DNA of 63,893 bases, filler included, from Octopus bimaculoides (Eukaryota), in assembly GCF_001194135.2 (NCBI RefSeq). It is 7 parts of 6 records of this genome, joined end to end, with 100 filler letters (N's around TTAATTAATTAA, not from the genome) between each part and the next. Parts side by side here need not be neighbours in the genome. Positions count along the whole stretch, not along the records: positions 11,328 to 15,797 come from NC_068996.1; positions 15,898 to 44,772 come from NC_068988.1; 5 more parts are not named here. One strand, written 5' to 3'. Shown one piece after another: positions 13,141-25,199 of this stretch. Every line of letters begins with the position of its first letter. Position 1 is the stretch's first letter. Both the position numbers and the translations under genes were made by a program. The notes under the pieces were generated by a model. The model ran no database searches, had not been told where the DNA came from, and saw only the letters and a list, made by a program, of their open reading frames with translations.

Positions 13141-14999
13141 AAATATAGCTTTTAAACTAGGCATAGAAGATAGAGTAGAGACGCTGTCGAAGAAAGAGGC
13201 TTTCATAATGATCAAGGATCATAATCCTAACTTTATCTTCAAGCCTAAATGCAGGCTGATAAACCCGGCGAAGTCTGAGATCGGACAAGTAAACGGCTCA
13301 TCAGGAAGATCAGTAACGGCATTAGAAACGTCTCTGACCTCACACTATGGTGCAATACCAAAGAGGTCATTACATGGTTTAAGGCCAATAGCGGTAGGGG
13401 TAAAGCTAGGTTTACTCAATTTGATATAGTGGATTTCTACCCATCTATACCAAAGAAGCTCTGGTCAAAGGCCCTCACTGAAGTCAGCGACGAGGACATA
13501 CGCATTATCATGCACGCCAGAAGAATCCTACTCTTGGCCAAACATACTGACCCAGATGGCTCCTTCAACAGTGCTGATGTATGTGACATAGTCGGTTTCT
13601 TCATCCTAGATGCACTTAAAAAGAAATTCCCTTCAAGTAGCTTTGGATTCTACAGAGATAACGCACTGTCAATACCAAGAGGCAATACCACACGCATATT
13701 TCCTTGATGTGATACTGGAATCTGGCGCCTATAAGCTATTTAGAAAACCAAATGAGAAACTGTCTTATATTAACACATGTTCCTGCCATCCAGCCATAGT
13801 GTTCAGGAACCCAGTTAAAGGCATCAGCAGGAGAATCTCCATCTTATCTTCAAACAAAGAGATCTTTAATGCTGCTAACCTGTACTACAACCGGTCTCTG
13901 GTTGCCAGAAGTTTCAAGGATAGTATTACTTACATGCCAGATTCTAGTCCCCTCTCATTCAAGAAAAGCGTCACCGGAAAGTGCTGTGGTTCACGCCACC
14001 GTTCTCTTTAAACGTAAAGACCAGAGTAGGTAAATTTTTCCTTAGTTTAGTTGATAGGCACTTCCTCCGTACTAATAGATTCAATAAAATATTTAATAGA
14101 CATACCCTGAGACTATCCTTTAGCTGTGCAGCTAGTGTAAAAAAGATTTTCAGGGAAAACACAACTTGTCCACTGAACGACCACTGCAACACGGAGATAG
14201 TAGCATACAAGACAAAGGTAACAGCCTCAGGACCAAATGGACAACCCAGCGTTCAGAAGTATGTGGTGGTGGTGGGGGGGGATGGAAGGCCCCTTCAGAA
14301 ACCGCTTTAACAACTACAAGTCCTCCTTCAGCATTCCGGAGAGACGTAACACAACCTTAGCCAAGTACGTTTGGTCTTGGAAAGAAAGCGCCACAGAGTA
14401 CAGCATAAAGTGTAGTATCCTGGAAAAATGCAAGCCGTACTTCAATAGCAGCAGGAAGTGAAGGTTATGCCTGTCTGACAAGAGAGCAATTTTAAAGCGT
14501 ACCCAACGCCCGGATGTTTACCTAAATAGCAGGAGTGAAGTGTTTAATCCCTGCCCACATGAAAGGAAGTACATCCTATCGTATTTGCACGCCCCAACAT
14601 GACTGCAACTACAAGTCCTCGGCCTCAACCTTCCACCAATACCTGAGGGCCCGGCAAAGTGTTTGACGAAAGCACACGCCAATGCACACAGACACACAGT
14701 TCTATATGGCGGACAACCCACAAAATAGACTGTATCCCAACACACCAAACATGTACCCCTTTACACACATTATACCCCCACACATATATAGACCCCTCGC
14801 ATACACATTACACACCGCACGCCAACATATCCCCCTCACACACACACTCATGACCTTATCCCTTACAGAAAGAAAACGGACCAACAAACACAGCCATATA
14901 TATGCCTACAACTCTGGAAAAAATTATGTACAAGGCACCACTACACATATCACATACCCCGATGGATATATGCTATTATATATTTCGGATAGTATATAT

Positions 15000-15257
15000 T
15001 ATTATGTCTGAGGAGAGTCATTCTGTTTTAATGCCTTATTATTTAACGCACTCACCGGTTCAATTTCCACTCATTTACTTATATATTTTTCTAAAATTTT
15101 CGTTGCTTCTTGCTACCTATTCAATAGTCGTTGAAGAGGTTGTAAGAAGCAACGAAAATTTTAGAAAAAAATAAATAAGCAAATGAGTGGAAATCGAACC
15201 GGTTAGTGTGTTAATTAACAAGGCATTAAAACAGAATGACTCTCCCCAGAAACAATA
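15000..15257. mobile_element. Foldback MITE (imperfect ~120-bp arms, 6-nt loop, TA ends)
   Basis: 15007-15124 is the reverse complement of 15131-15250 with scattered mismatches; loop TAGTCG. Confidence 0.85.
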
Positions 15258-15319
15258 AAATATGCTTCAACACACGGATTCACATAAAGAATCTTGCAAA
15301 CCAAATATGAAAATGAAAT

Positions 15320-15399
<80 letters not shown>

Positions 15400-15765
15400 T
15401 AGTGGTACAACAAGGCNNNNNNNNNNACACTTTCACCCTCCGCAAAAAGTCCCAAAATTTATTTAATTTGCTTTGCGGGAAGGACTGTTTCAACGAAGTC
15501 GCGTATTGTCCTTGCCTTCGAAACGCGAAGTAGATGAAACAGGGATAACTGACGAAGTGGTATACTCTTTATGTTGCATGTCTCATTTCTCTGTTTGTTT
15601 GATTTTTTCTTTTTTTCGTTGTTCGAAAAAAATGTTCGTTTTCTATGTTTTCGTTTCTCATTATGTTTAACTTTTTTTGATGTCCTGTACCCATATATGC
15701 ATGTATATATACATATATAGGTAGGTATGTACATATATGTATGGATATATGCATATATTTATATA

Positions 15766-15797
<32 letters not shown>

Positions 15798-15897
15798 NNN
15801 NNNNNNNNNNNNNNNNNNNNNNNNNNNNNNNNNNNNNNNNNTTAATTAATTAANNNNNNNNNNNNNNNNNNNNNNNNNNNNNNNNNNNNNNNNNNNN

Positions 15898-17229
15898 GAG
15901 AGTATAAATGAGACATTGCATGCCAGTAACTTCAGTTATGGAGACATCAAAGCCATAGATTGATATAACAGGCAATGAAGCAAAATACTAATGAAAAAAA
16001 TTTTGTTAAAAAAACCTCAAGCATTTTGTAGATACCAGAAGCAGATTAATAAAACAACTTTTTTTTTTTTTTTCACAGCCTACAAACTTCTATCAAAAAG
16101 ATGCCCTAAACTTAAAATGCTTCAGAATTAAAACTGGTTAATTACATAATTTTATTTCTGTTCTTCAATTCTTTGCATGATTCAAATATTATTATATGAA
16201 CTAAAACTAAAATTTTATAACATGTGTGCATCTTGTTCATAACTACAAACCATGATTTGAGAAAATGTGAAAATTTATTCAGATAATCATAATTTTTATT
16301 TGGTTCTGAAGATGAGATTAAGTTCTTGGGTTGTTTTTTTTTATTGATTTAAAAAAATTTTTATAACAGCTTAGATATTCCATCTGTAACTATGACTGAT
16401 TATCCCACTAACAATATATTTTCTTCGTTTTTACCCGTTCATGAAAATGTTTGAGTAAAGAACATACATTTCTGGAAAAGAGAGGCACACATAGGAGAGA
16501 ATGGATAGATCAAATGATAGATACGTAAGCAGTCAGCAGACCAGGGCAAGCACACTAAGTATCTCTCCATACAAAACAGATGAGGGGTGAAACATGATAA
16601 TTTGAAACCATTTTCCATCACCCTACACCATTATCACATTAACAAAGATGGCAGTAGAAATGAAAAATAAACCCAAATATAATAGTTTAAGAAGAAAGTC
16701 TTTGCTAGTTTTTAAGACTTAACTAGAACAAAATACAGAAAGGAAACCTTAAGCCAGTCAGGTAATGATAACATAGAAGCACAGTAAGATGTAACATTTT
16801 TCACAACTGTAAAATATACAAAATTATAAAGAAAAATAACCATCCAACTTTTAAAACATGACTGTCAGATTTATTAAGTTCAACAATTTGGGAATTCTTT
16901 CATAATTTTATTGTTTTTTTTTTTTTCAATAAATGTTTTCCTTGCTATTTCAATAGATATTATCAAACACAAAAGAACCAGTAGAGACAGAAATTTGATA
17001 ACTGAGTGAAAAAAAAGCAATCTATTCTTTCACTATTAATTCTAATAAAATCATTGCTTTAATTTTTCTCAAATAAAATTGGATTGTAATATTTAAAGAA
17101 ATACCTAAATTGTTAAGGTGACAGCAGTGATCTTTTATAAGAGATAGGAATGGTAGATTTCTTTTAAAATGGTACATTTGAAAGCAGTTGTGTAAGTATA
17201 TACATACACACACACATATATACATACAC

Positions 17230-17292
<63 letters not shown>

Positions 17293-17917
17293 CGTGTGCA
17301 TAAATGATAGAAGGGTACAGGTTATGCCCAATCAAACAATGATTCCTATGTGTGTTACCTGCTAGATTTGATGTTTATTTTGGATCATGGAATGGTCAAG
17401 ATTTTATAATTATTTTCACACCATGCTTAATGTTCAAAGTCAATTCTTTGCTTTAGACCAAGGAATGGTTGAAGCCAAATACACTTCTATGATGGAATGA
17501 TTGAAATACAAACATTGTAATGTTTAGGAAATGTTTTACAGACTAAAAATGTTGTATTTATACAAATGGAATGTTTTAGGTGTGACTAAAATGAAACTAA
17601 ATTATTCTAAGGAATGCCTAAGCAAATTAAATTGTAATTTTGACCTTAGTTTCTAGCAGATATTGTTTGTGGGCCTGTAAAGTAAATGGTTTAAGTCAAA
17701 AGCAAGATTAAAAAGAAATTAATTTTTTTTTTGTCTCTTTTATGTGAAGATTTTTTTCTTTTTCTTTTTCAACACTATTACAATTTTTAACATATTGGCA
17801 GTCAACAAATATATTACCAGTTTTGTTGTATCACAATAGATACAAAATTTGGGTTAACGACTCACTGGCTCTTCAACATTAAACCCTCTGTCTGTGTACA
17901 GTGCTGCCATAAAACAG
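15898..17917 (-). CDS. Tentative multi-exon gene of unknown product. Candidate exons 17917-17866, 17674-17645, 16806-16748, 16622-16573, 16471-16435, 15987-gap
   Basis: AG/GT-bounded open segments: CFMAALYTDRGFNVEEP|AHKQYLLETK, and VKNVTSYCASMLSLPDWLK|GDGKWFQIIMFHPSSVL|NVCSLLKHFHER|YFASLPVISIYGFD. Phases fit within each chain, but the exon linking the chains is not fixed, alternative frames exist, and no homology was recognised. Confidence 0.3.
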
Positions 17918-18338
17918 CTGTGGTAAGTCTTTTAAGTCACACCAACTCAAACTAAAATCAAAAGCCATTTTTTAATTATTATTATTAATACACGACTGAA
18001 CCACTTGACTATTTCAAACTAAACTCCCGACTACAACTACAGTTATTAAAACATCCAACTTAAAAAAAAAAAGGAGGGAGGGGAAAAAAAATTAAGAAAG
18101 TACGATGAAACAAATAATAGGAGAATTCTTTGAGATTAGGATTCAGCAAACAAATAGGAAATTTTGTGAACAGAATGAGTTAAGGAGGTGAAAGCTGCAC
18201 AGAATAAATAACTGGTTAAATTCATCAATGTGTTCTTGTTTACAATAATGATACCACCAAAATAGCCCAACAGTCATTTGAGTGTGCGTAGAGAGAATAG
18301 TTATTACTTTTTAACATATTTCAAGGGCATATGTGTAA

Positions 18339-18373
<35 letters not shown>

Positions 18374-18483
18374 TATATAGGTACAGATATATGTTAAAGT
18401 TTATTTTTGTTTTCAGTTATAATGAAAACAATTTTACATTAATCTGAAAGGTAACTCTATACTTTTGTAGAGTACAAATTTAT

Positions 18484-18607
18484 TATTCTTAAACAAGAAT
18501 ATTATCGACAATGATCTGACGTTTCAGCCATTTAAGCCATCATCCAACAACAGCTTCACTGGCCCAAACTTTGAAGTCACTGTCAATAATATTCTTGTTT
18601 AAGAATA
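18484..18607. mobile_element. Short MITE-like element with 27-bp inverted ends
   Basis: TATTCTTAAACAAGAATATTATCGACA (18484-18510) versus TGTCAATAATATTCTTGTTTAAGAATA (18581-18607), 1 mismatch. Confidence 0.7.
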
Positions 18608-19539
18608 TATATATATATATGTATATACATTTATGTATATATATATATATATATGTATATTCATATATGTATATACATTTATGTATATATATATATATAT
18701 ATGTATATTCATATATGTATATATGTATATATATATAATCAATCATATTTAGCCCTCGTTATCTGTGGATGGCTAAATTACATTGGTTTACAAAATGATT
18801 TGATTAATATTCTTCATATTTAGATTCAACAAACTTCAAATTCATCTTTTAACAACAGATTTTGAAAATTTGATAATGAATAATGATGTTCAATGAAAAA
18901 AAAAAAAATACATGATTGAGAGAGAAGAAAAAAAAAGCATTTCACCCAGTTCTACACTGAAAAGAAAACAACAGGAAAATTGAAATAGTTACTATCATCA
19001 GGTAACAATCATATGCTCTGGAGAAAATAGTGATACACCAAAACTGGATCTTTTTTTTTACAAAGTTCACAAGACCTCATGACCTCACTGAAGGATATCA
19101 TTATCAGTTTTAATGAATTAACAGGGTAGTTGTGAACTGGATTTATCTCTATAGTGGTATATCATGTATCAATGATGTAGAGTGGAACACTAAAGTACCA
19201 ACAGGTCACCAAAATTATAATTTAATATATAAGAACCTAGGCCATATTTTCATTTTAATATACTGCAAGTAAGAACTTCAGTAACTATATAATTGTGAAT
19301 GGTAAATTTAGTTACTGTACAAATAAATGAAGTTCCTTTAATGCAAATATAAATGCTTGTATTGGCACAAGCCCACAAATTTGTAAAAGCAAAGTAAAGC
19401 CAACCTCAGTATATGACTGGTACGTCTTATAACGACTCTACAAGTTGGCATTTTAATTTGGTTTGCTAAGAGATGAAAATATATGACATATATGCTAGTA
19501 GGTACTTTACTGTTTCTGCCACTCATATATTGGTTTGAA

Positions 19540-20165
19540 ATGAATTCAAATTTTGGCACAAGGCCGGCAATTTCGAGGGAGGGGTAAGCTGATTGCATCA
19601 ACCCCAGTGTTCAACTGGTACTTAGTTTATCGACCCTGAAAGGATGAAAGACAAAGTCAACCTCAGCAGAATTTGAACACACCACATAAAGATGGACAAA
19701 ATGTCGCTAAGCATTTTGTCTGGCATGCTAATAATGCTGTCAGCTCACCACCTTCTGCCATTCTTATATTACAAATACATCAATTGCTCAGAAATCCTAC
19801 AATTGCAATGATTTTTTTTTTGTAGGATGACTCAAATACTGTATATAATTCTGTTAGTGTGTTTTCAGAAGAAAAAGAAAAAAATTAAAATGAAAAGTAA
19901 CAAGGCATAGATAAAAAACATACTCTCCTGGGAATAATTAAAGAGAATATTGGTTTCAAATTTTGGCACAAGGCCAGCAAATTAAGGGGATGGGGTAAGT
20001 TGATTACATCAAACCCCAATGCTCCACTGGTACTTATTCTATCGACCTTGAAAGGATGAAAGGCAAAGTCAACCCCGGTGGCATTTGAACTTAGAATGTA
20101 AAGACAAATGAAATGTCGTTAAACATTTTGTCTGGCACGCTAACGATTCTACCAGTTAGCCATCT
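19540..20165 (-). mobile_element. Two OK-like SINE copies (~19540-19760 and ~19950-20165), CpG-decayed
   Basis: Reverse complement of the 12.8-kb SINE consensus, with CpG to TpG/CpA changes. Confidence 0.8.
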
Positions 20166-22884
20166 TAATTAAAGAGAATATTACTAACAGAAAGTAAATT
20201 AAAAAGAACATAAAGCAGTTACAATAGAACCAGCAGAGCAGCATCAATTTGGTATTGTTGCTATAAGGAACAGTGGAATATTGGTTATGGTTTTAGCTGT
20301 TAAATAATAACTGCTTGAAGAATGAAAATTTCACAAGCATTCCAAACATTAAATTATAGTCCACTACATTTCATATGATTTACTAAAAGTTTATCCAATT
20401 TAGAAATATTTGTTTTTAAAGCCTAAATTAAGCAAGGGAATCAGATCAACAAAACTAGTTCCTCATAGTCACCTAAATAGCTTAATGCAGCAGCTAAATG
20501 TTTATCAACAGCCAATTGTCCTTACATAATGAAACCTACATCGTGGTTCAAAATACACACAATCAGTATATTCTGAACTAGAATCTTTTGACAAAATCCT
20601 TCATTAGGTTGGCTCCCTCTATACTATAGGTTTATTTAAGCAGTGATAACTAACTGGGTCTCACTAACAACTACATTAAATAAAATTAAAACTTGATAAA
20701 ACAATACATTTCCCTCAGTCCCATAAAACTATTTATAACAATGAAGGCAGCAAAAACAGCAAATGGGAGCACAATTCAGTGGTAATTGCCAGCACAGCAA
20801 CAACAGTAATTGCTTGAACAGCAAAAACAGCAATTGCCTGACTAGCACAACTGGTAATATTCCTATTTCCTTACAGTGCAAGTCTCAATTAAACCCACCA
20901 CCACCACTACCACCACCAAAATAAAGATTGTCTTAGGTAAAACCATCAAGTCCGTTATTTCAAACAGGTTTAAATATACAAGTTAATAGCTAACTTAACT
21001 AGATTTTGACAATGCATACCTTTTGGTGTATTCCGTCACTTGGGTTGGCAACCTGGCTTGGCACCAACCAAATGTAAATAATACTTTAGTTCATTCAAAT
21101 CATACAGAGAATGAAAGAAACAAGTAATTCTCAGGTCACCCATAACACCAGAAAGTGCCTAACATAACCTTGAGAAGCAAATTTGCTAAGCTATCACTAA
21201 TGTTAGGATGCTTCAATAAAACTGAGCCACACCAAGCATTCATTATATTTACTGTAACTAATGTATACATTATGATTTTCCCACGTTGTTTGTTGACTAG
21301 ATTACAAAACATAAATGAAATAATCATCAAAAATCCTTATGATATTATGATTGTTGATTCCTCTGTGAATAATATACTCCAAGCCAGCTTGGAATATAAA
21401 CCATGGTGATTTAGGCGTAAGGTCTCTTGCTAACGTTTCCCTCTTCATTTCACAAACACACTCTGTTGGCTGGGTTGGAAGAACTCTCGTCCTCTTTCTC
21501 AGTCAATATTCTCTCATTATCAGGTTTGGAGATTACATTGGCCACCTGTAGTGGTGAGCATGGCATCAAGCCTTTAGATATGAAGATAATGAGAATGGGA
21601 ATGATATACCTAGCAAGAAACCGGTTGAAATTTGATAGACATGTGACCAGCTTGAATGAAGTCACTTGTAACCGAAGAGTGCTTATTCAGCTGTCTCGTG
21701 GGGAGCTTTAACTATTTCCAATCAGGGAACTCAGTTATCTTTAGAACAGCTTTATATTACTATTGTATCACTCACATGTCAACTAACAAAGCTAGCTGTT
21801 ATGGCTAACAAATGGATGCTGGGGTAAGGTGTCTTCATGGCCTGTCTAGTAAGTATAACAAGGTACATCGTGCCAGATGTACTGAGATCAATGCAATACT
21901 CGACTAAGCCATTCAAAAGTGCAGCATTCTAAGTATATTGGAGTCTGTTTGGTTGTATCAGTCATATCAGAAAAGACCAGATAGTTTAACTAGCATGCAT
22001 GAAAAGACTGGAATTTTGTATGGGATGCCACTGCGGAGTGTGGAGGATAAATTCATTATCCCACATTGATTTATGCATGTAGTGCTGCAATATATACAGG
22101 AGAATGCAACCAAAGCATTCAAGAATATGGGTACATACGGTACAACCATGCAGCACTTGATGAAATCTGCAAATGACTTGTTGTTTCAACAAATGCCATT
22201 TGGGAACCTTTAATCTGTCGCCAACAATTTTCAGCAATTATAATACAAGGGAATGCAACAAATATGAGCTGTATACAGGCCACATAAATGTTTGTAAGTC
22301 AGAGTGAAGAATGCTTCTCTGTGTAGCAGGAAGAATAGTCCTCATTTTGTACAAATAGATACCCATCCTATTAGAATAATTTTGATAATTTCAACACTGT
22401 ATGAGTGCATGTATGTTTGTATGTGTGCAGATGCAGAGAAATTTAGTGACGGCATAGTTGGAATGGTAAATTTGAAATCCTTGACAGTATAGATTAGATA
22501 AAGTTTTTTTTAAATACCATAGTAAAAGCAAGTGTGATAAAAAAAAAAAACTTTTTTAAGCAGATTTAAACTATTGAAGCTTTGACCATGTTGGGGTACC
22601 ATCAGTATCCCTCTGAAGTGTAATTCATTTAAAACCTGAACACATATAATCCACCCAGGAGCATAGAAGCATTACACTTATTCAACATGTTCTGTAACAA
22701 AAAAATAAATAAATAAAGAAAACACTGCAATTATGCAACATATCCATTAGCATAAAAAAAAAGAATCATTGCACTTGAGTTGAAAACCAATAAAAATCAT
22801 AATTAAAATGAAGTACCAGAGATATGAATAATTCAGGTGTTATAAGATTAATGACAAGTTCTTTAAGATGCCTTAGTATAGCCC

Positions 22885-22917
<33 letters not shown>

Positions 22918-23706
22918 NNNNNNNNNNNNNNNNNNNNNNNNNNNNNNNNNNNNNNNNNNNNNNNNNNNNNNNATAAACGCACATAAAGACATCAATTAGA
23001 TAGAATTTACAATGGAACTTTAAAAATTATCTTAATTGTCAAGTGAAAATAATTTGGAAGGGGGGGGGTGATAAAAATCAAAATCAATGAAAATTGTAGA
23101 GGTCAGATTAGTCTAACATACATTTTCAGTTTTAAAAATCACGATCAAGAAAACTTCCTTAATTACATAAAAAAAAAAAAAAACGGGAAGAATTTTTCAT
23201 TAATGTGACAACAAAATTTTAACATCGCCCTTAGAAATAAGTCAGTGTCAAGATAAATATATATATATATATATATATATATTAAACATTTTAGAGCTGT
23301 TTGGTCCTTAATAAAACAATGCTCTTTGCATGATAATGTTTTAAAACAACTAGTTTCATTTCAAACTCAGAACAGCTTCCAAACTGGAATTAAAATTTTT
23401 TTCTTGCATCTATAGCAACTTCAATTCAAACACATCTCGCTTCATTAAAGAGGAAATAATCATTACATTGTTGTAAATATAGTGATTAAAGTCGGGGTGA
23501 TTACTGGTGGTTTGTCAAAACTGAATAACGGATAGCTTCAAAACTATCAAAATATGAAATATATAATTTTTAATGGAAGAGGGTTTGTGAAGAAATGCAT
23601 AAGGAAGGGCTGAAATACAGAGAGGGTGAGAAAGAGAGAGAGTGTGTGTGTGTGTGTGTGTATACGTGTGTGGAGATTAAACGAAAGAATTTTGAGAGCT
23701 TTCTTT

Positions 23707-25188
23707 TTAGGCATCAGAAGGCTCAATGTCACAGTCTTCAACATCTTCAACAAGTTCGTCATCCACATCATCACATTGTTTGTCTCTTTTCTCAACAGCA
23801 TCTCCTTCAGCTCCTTCTCCGACACGTTTTCGCTTCCTTTGCTTAAATTTCCTATGTGGCGGCGGCAAGGGTTCCATATCAAGTACTTTGCGGATTCTTC
23901 TAAAAGCTATAAGTCTAAGCATGTGTTGAGCAGCAGCGGTAATGTCCTCTCGATCCTGGGCAGTCATTTCACTGATAGGGTCAGAAGGTTCTCTTTCACA
24001 AGGGTCATACAGACCTTGACATGATGGTAATATTATTCCTGCAGCTAGACACTCAAAAACTCTACGAAGTGCGTTGCCAGGCCCAAGGACAGCTCTGACA
24101 CTACCTAAACATTTCTCTACCAACAGTTCCATCGCCCACAGGTTCAAATTAGACCAAAGTGGAATTCTTTGAGATAAATCGCGTAGAATCCGTAATACTA
24201 CCAAACAGTTAGGTAATCCGCGCGCCCGAGCCTGGAACCATTTGGCACGCCTTAATTCAGCTAACGCGTTTAAACAAATTCCTTTATTCAAGACATCTGG
24301 TGGATCAGCTTCCTCGATGTGCATATCAGAATGAGTGTTCAATGCCGCAGTTTCATTTTCTACTTTGTTACTACTTTCCTCGAAAGTCCCCTGAGCATCA
24401 CTTTCTTCAAGGGCCTGGTCAGATCCTTCTCCTGTTTTACAGTCATTATTATTTGCTTCCTGTTGGTCTTCGTCACCTCCAGAGACAACCGGCGTGTCCA
24501 TATTCTCCCTCATAATCGGAGATGTCAAAGAAATTTTACAACTTATTTTTGGCTCTTTTACTCGAATAACTATTACAGCCGCTTGCGCCACATTTATTTC
24601 CAGATCGTATTTTTCATCTGTGACAAGAGATAATTGAGAAGGAAAGCATTCGTATATTTGATTGAGCAAAGTCTCGGTGGGCTTTTCTGCAGATAACGCT
24701 ACTAGTTCGACACAAGTATCAGTTTGTAACAAAAGCCCGTGACCAAACACACCAACTCGTTGGACACCTCTCAATGAACGGTAAACATCATCTTGATTGT
24801 TATTCTGTTTTGAAATGTTACTGTTCGGTTTGTTTACCTTAGTGTCCGCCTCTACAGACTCCGTAGTCGACTGCTTGTCTTCTTCCTCCTTGGGAGTTTC
24901 ACTATCTACAGACGGTGATACTACATTTGTAGAGAGTTTATCTGATACTAATTTAAGAGCTTTCTCACAAGCAATAACCATTTTTTGAAAAGCCGGCAAT
25001 TCAGCAGGGTATAAACTGGCATGTTTGGCCATAACATGTCGATCATCTGAAGACTTTGGTTGACGAGCATGCCACGGAGGTGGAGGAAAAAAAGGCATTG
25101 GAGGTTGTGGAACTGAACCACGTTTGTTAAATGGTCGAAAGCGGTGTGATTTTCCATCGCCTTTCGTCGATTTTCCTGTTACAGCCAT
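23707..25188 (-). CDS. Intronless DZF-domain protein, 493 aa, ZFR/Zn72D-derived (no zinc fingers, no dsRBM); probable retrogene
   Basis: Uninterrupted ORF with ZFR-type motifs SSDDRHVMAKHASLYP, CEKALKLVSD, RSLRGVQRVGV..GLLL, ISLTSPIMRE, DPPDVL...LAELRRAKWFQARARGL..LRILRDLSQRIP, WAMELLVEK, ALRRVFEC, GLYDPCE, QDREDITAAAQHMLRLIAFR.I.KVL.MEPLP, then basic RKRKR tail. Match judged from memory of ZFR. Confidence 0.9.
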   Translation of the reverse strand: MAVTGKSTKGDGKSHRFRPFNKRGSVPQPPMPFFPPPPWHARQPKSSDDRHVMAKHASLYPAELPAFQKMVIACEKALKLVSDKLSTNVVSPSVDSETPKEEEDKQSTTESVEADTKVNKPNSNISKQNNNQDDVYRSLRGVQRVGVFGHGLLLQTDTCVELVALSAEKPTETLLNQIYECFPSQLSLVTDEKYDLEINVAQAAVIVIRVKEPKISCKISLTSPIMRENMDTPVVSGGDEDQQEANNNDCKTGEGSDQALEESDAQGTFEESSNKVENETAALNTHSDMHIEEADPPDVLNKGICLNALAELRRAKWFQARARGLPNCLVVLRILRDLSQRIPLWSNLNLWAMELLVEKCLGSVRAVLGPGNALRRVFECLAAGIILPSCQGLYDPCEREPSDPISEMTAQDREDITAAAQHMLRLIAFRRIRKVLDMEPLPPPHRKFKQRKRKRVGEGAEGDAVEKRDKQCDDVDDELVEDVEDCDIEPSDA

Positions 25189-25199
25189 CGTTCAATATA

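Larger units (their letters stand above)
11880..14600 (+). mobile_element. Decayed Penelope-like retroelement (RT plus C-terminal GIY-YIG endonuclease), interrupted by an LTR and two SINEs
   Basis: N-terminal YSTKNIP...LIRRMRWKAF. RT motifs IKDHNPNF..KCRLINPAKSEIG, DIVDFYPSI, FGFYRDNAL and FLDVIL. Then WFTPPFSLNVKT..FNKIFNRHT, CPLNDHC, and FRNRFNNYKSSF..RRNTTLAKYVW, ending CPHERKY. Multiple frameshifts and stops. Confidence 0.9.

Noticed and set aside
13121-13145. Start of the 102-aa ORF (MGNKEIRN)
   Set aside because: These codons come from the SINE tail abutting the PLE RT; not a real start.
14642-14690. CTGAGGG...GGCAAA-GTG-TTTGAC-GAAAGC at the Penelope 3' end
   Set aside because: Hammerhead-like, but A9 is absent, extra bases precede stem II, and stems I and III do not pair.
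23726-24988. Plus-strand ORFs overlapping the DZF gene
   Set aside because: Antisense shadows of a real CDS; no independent support.
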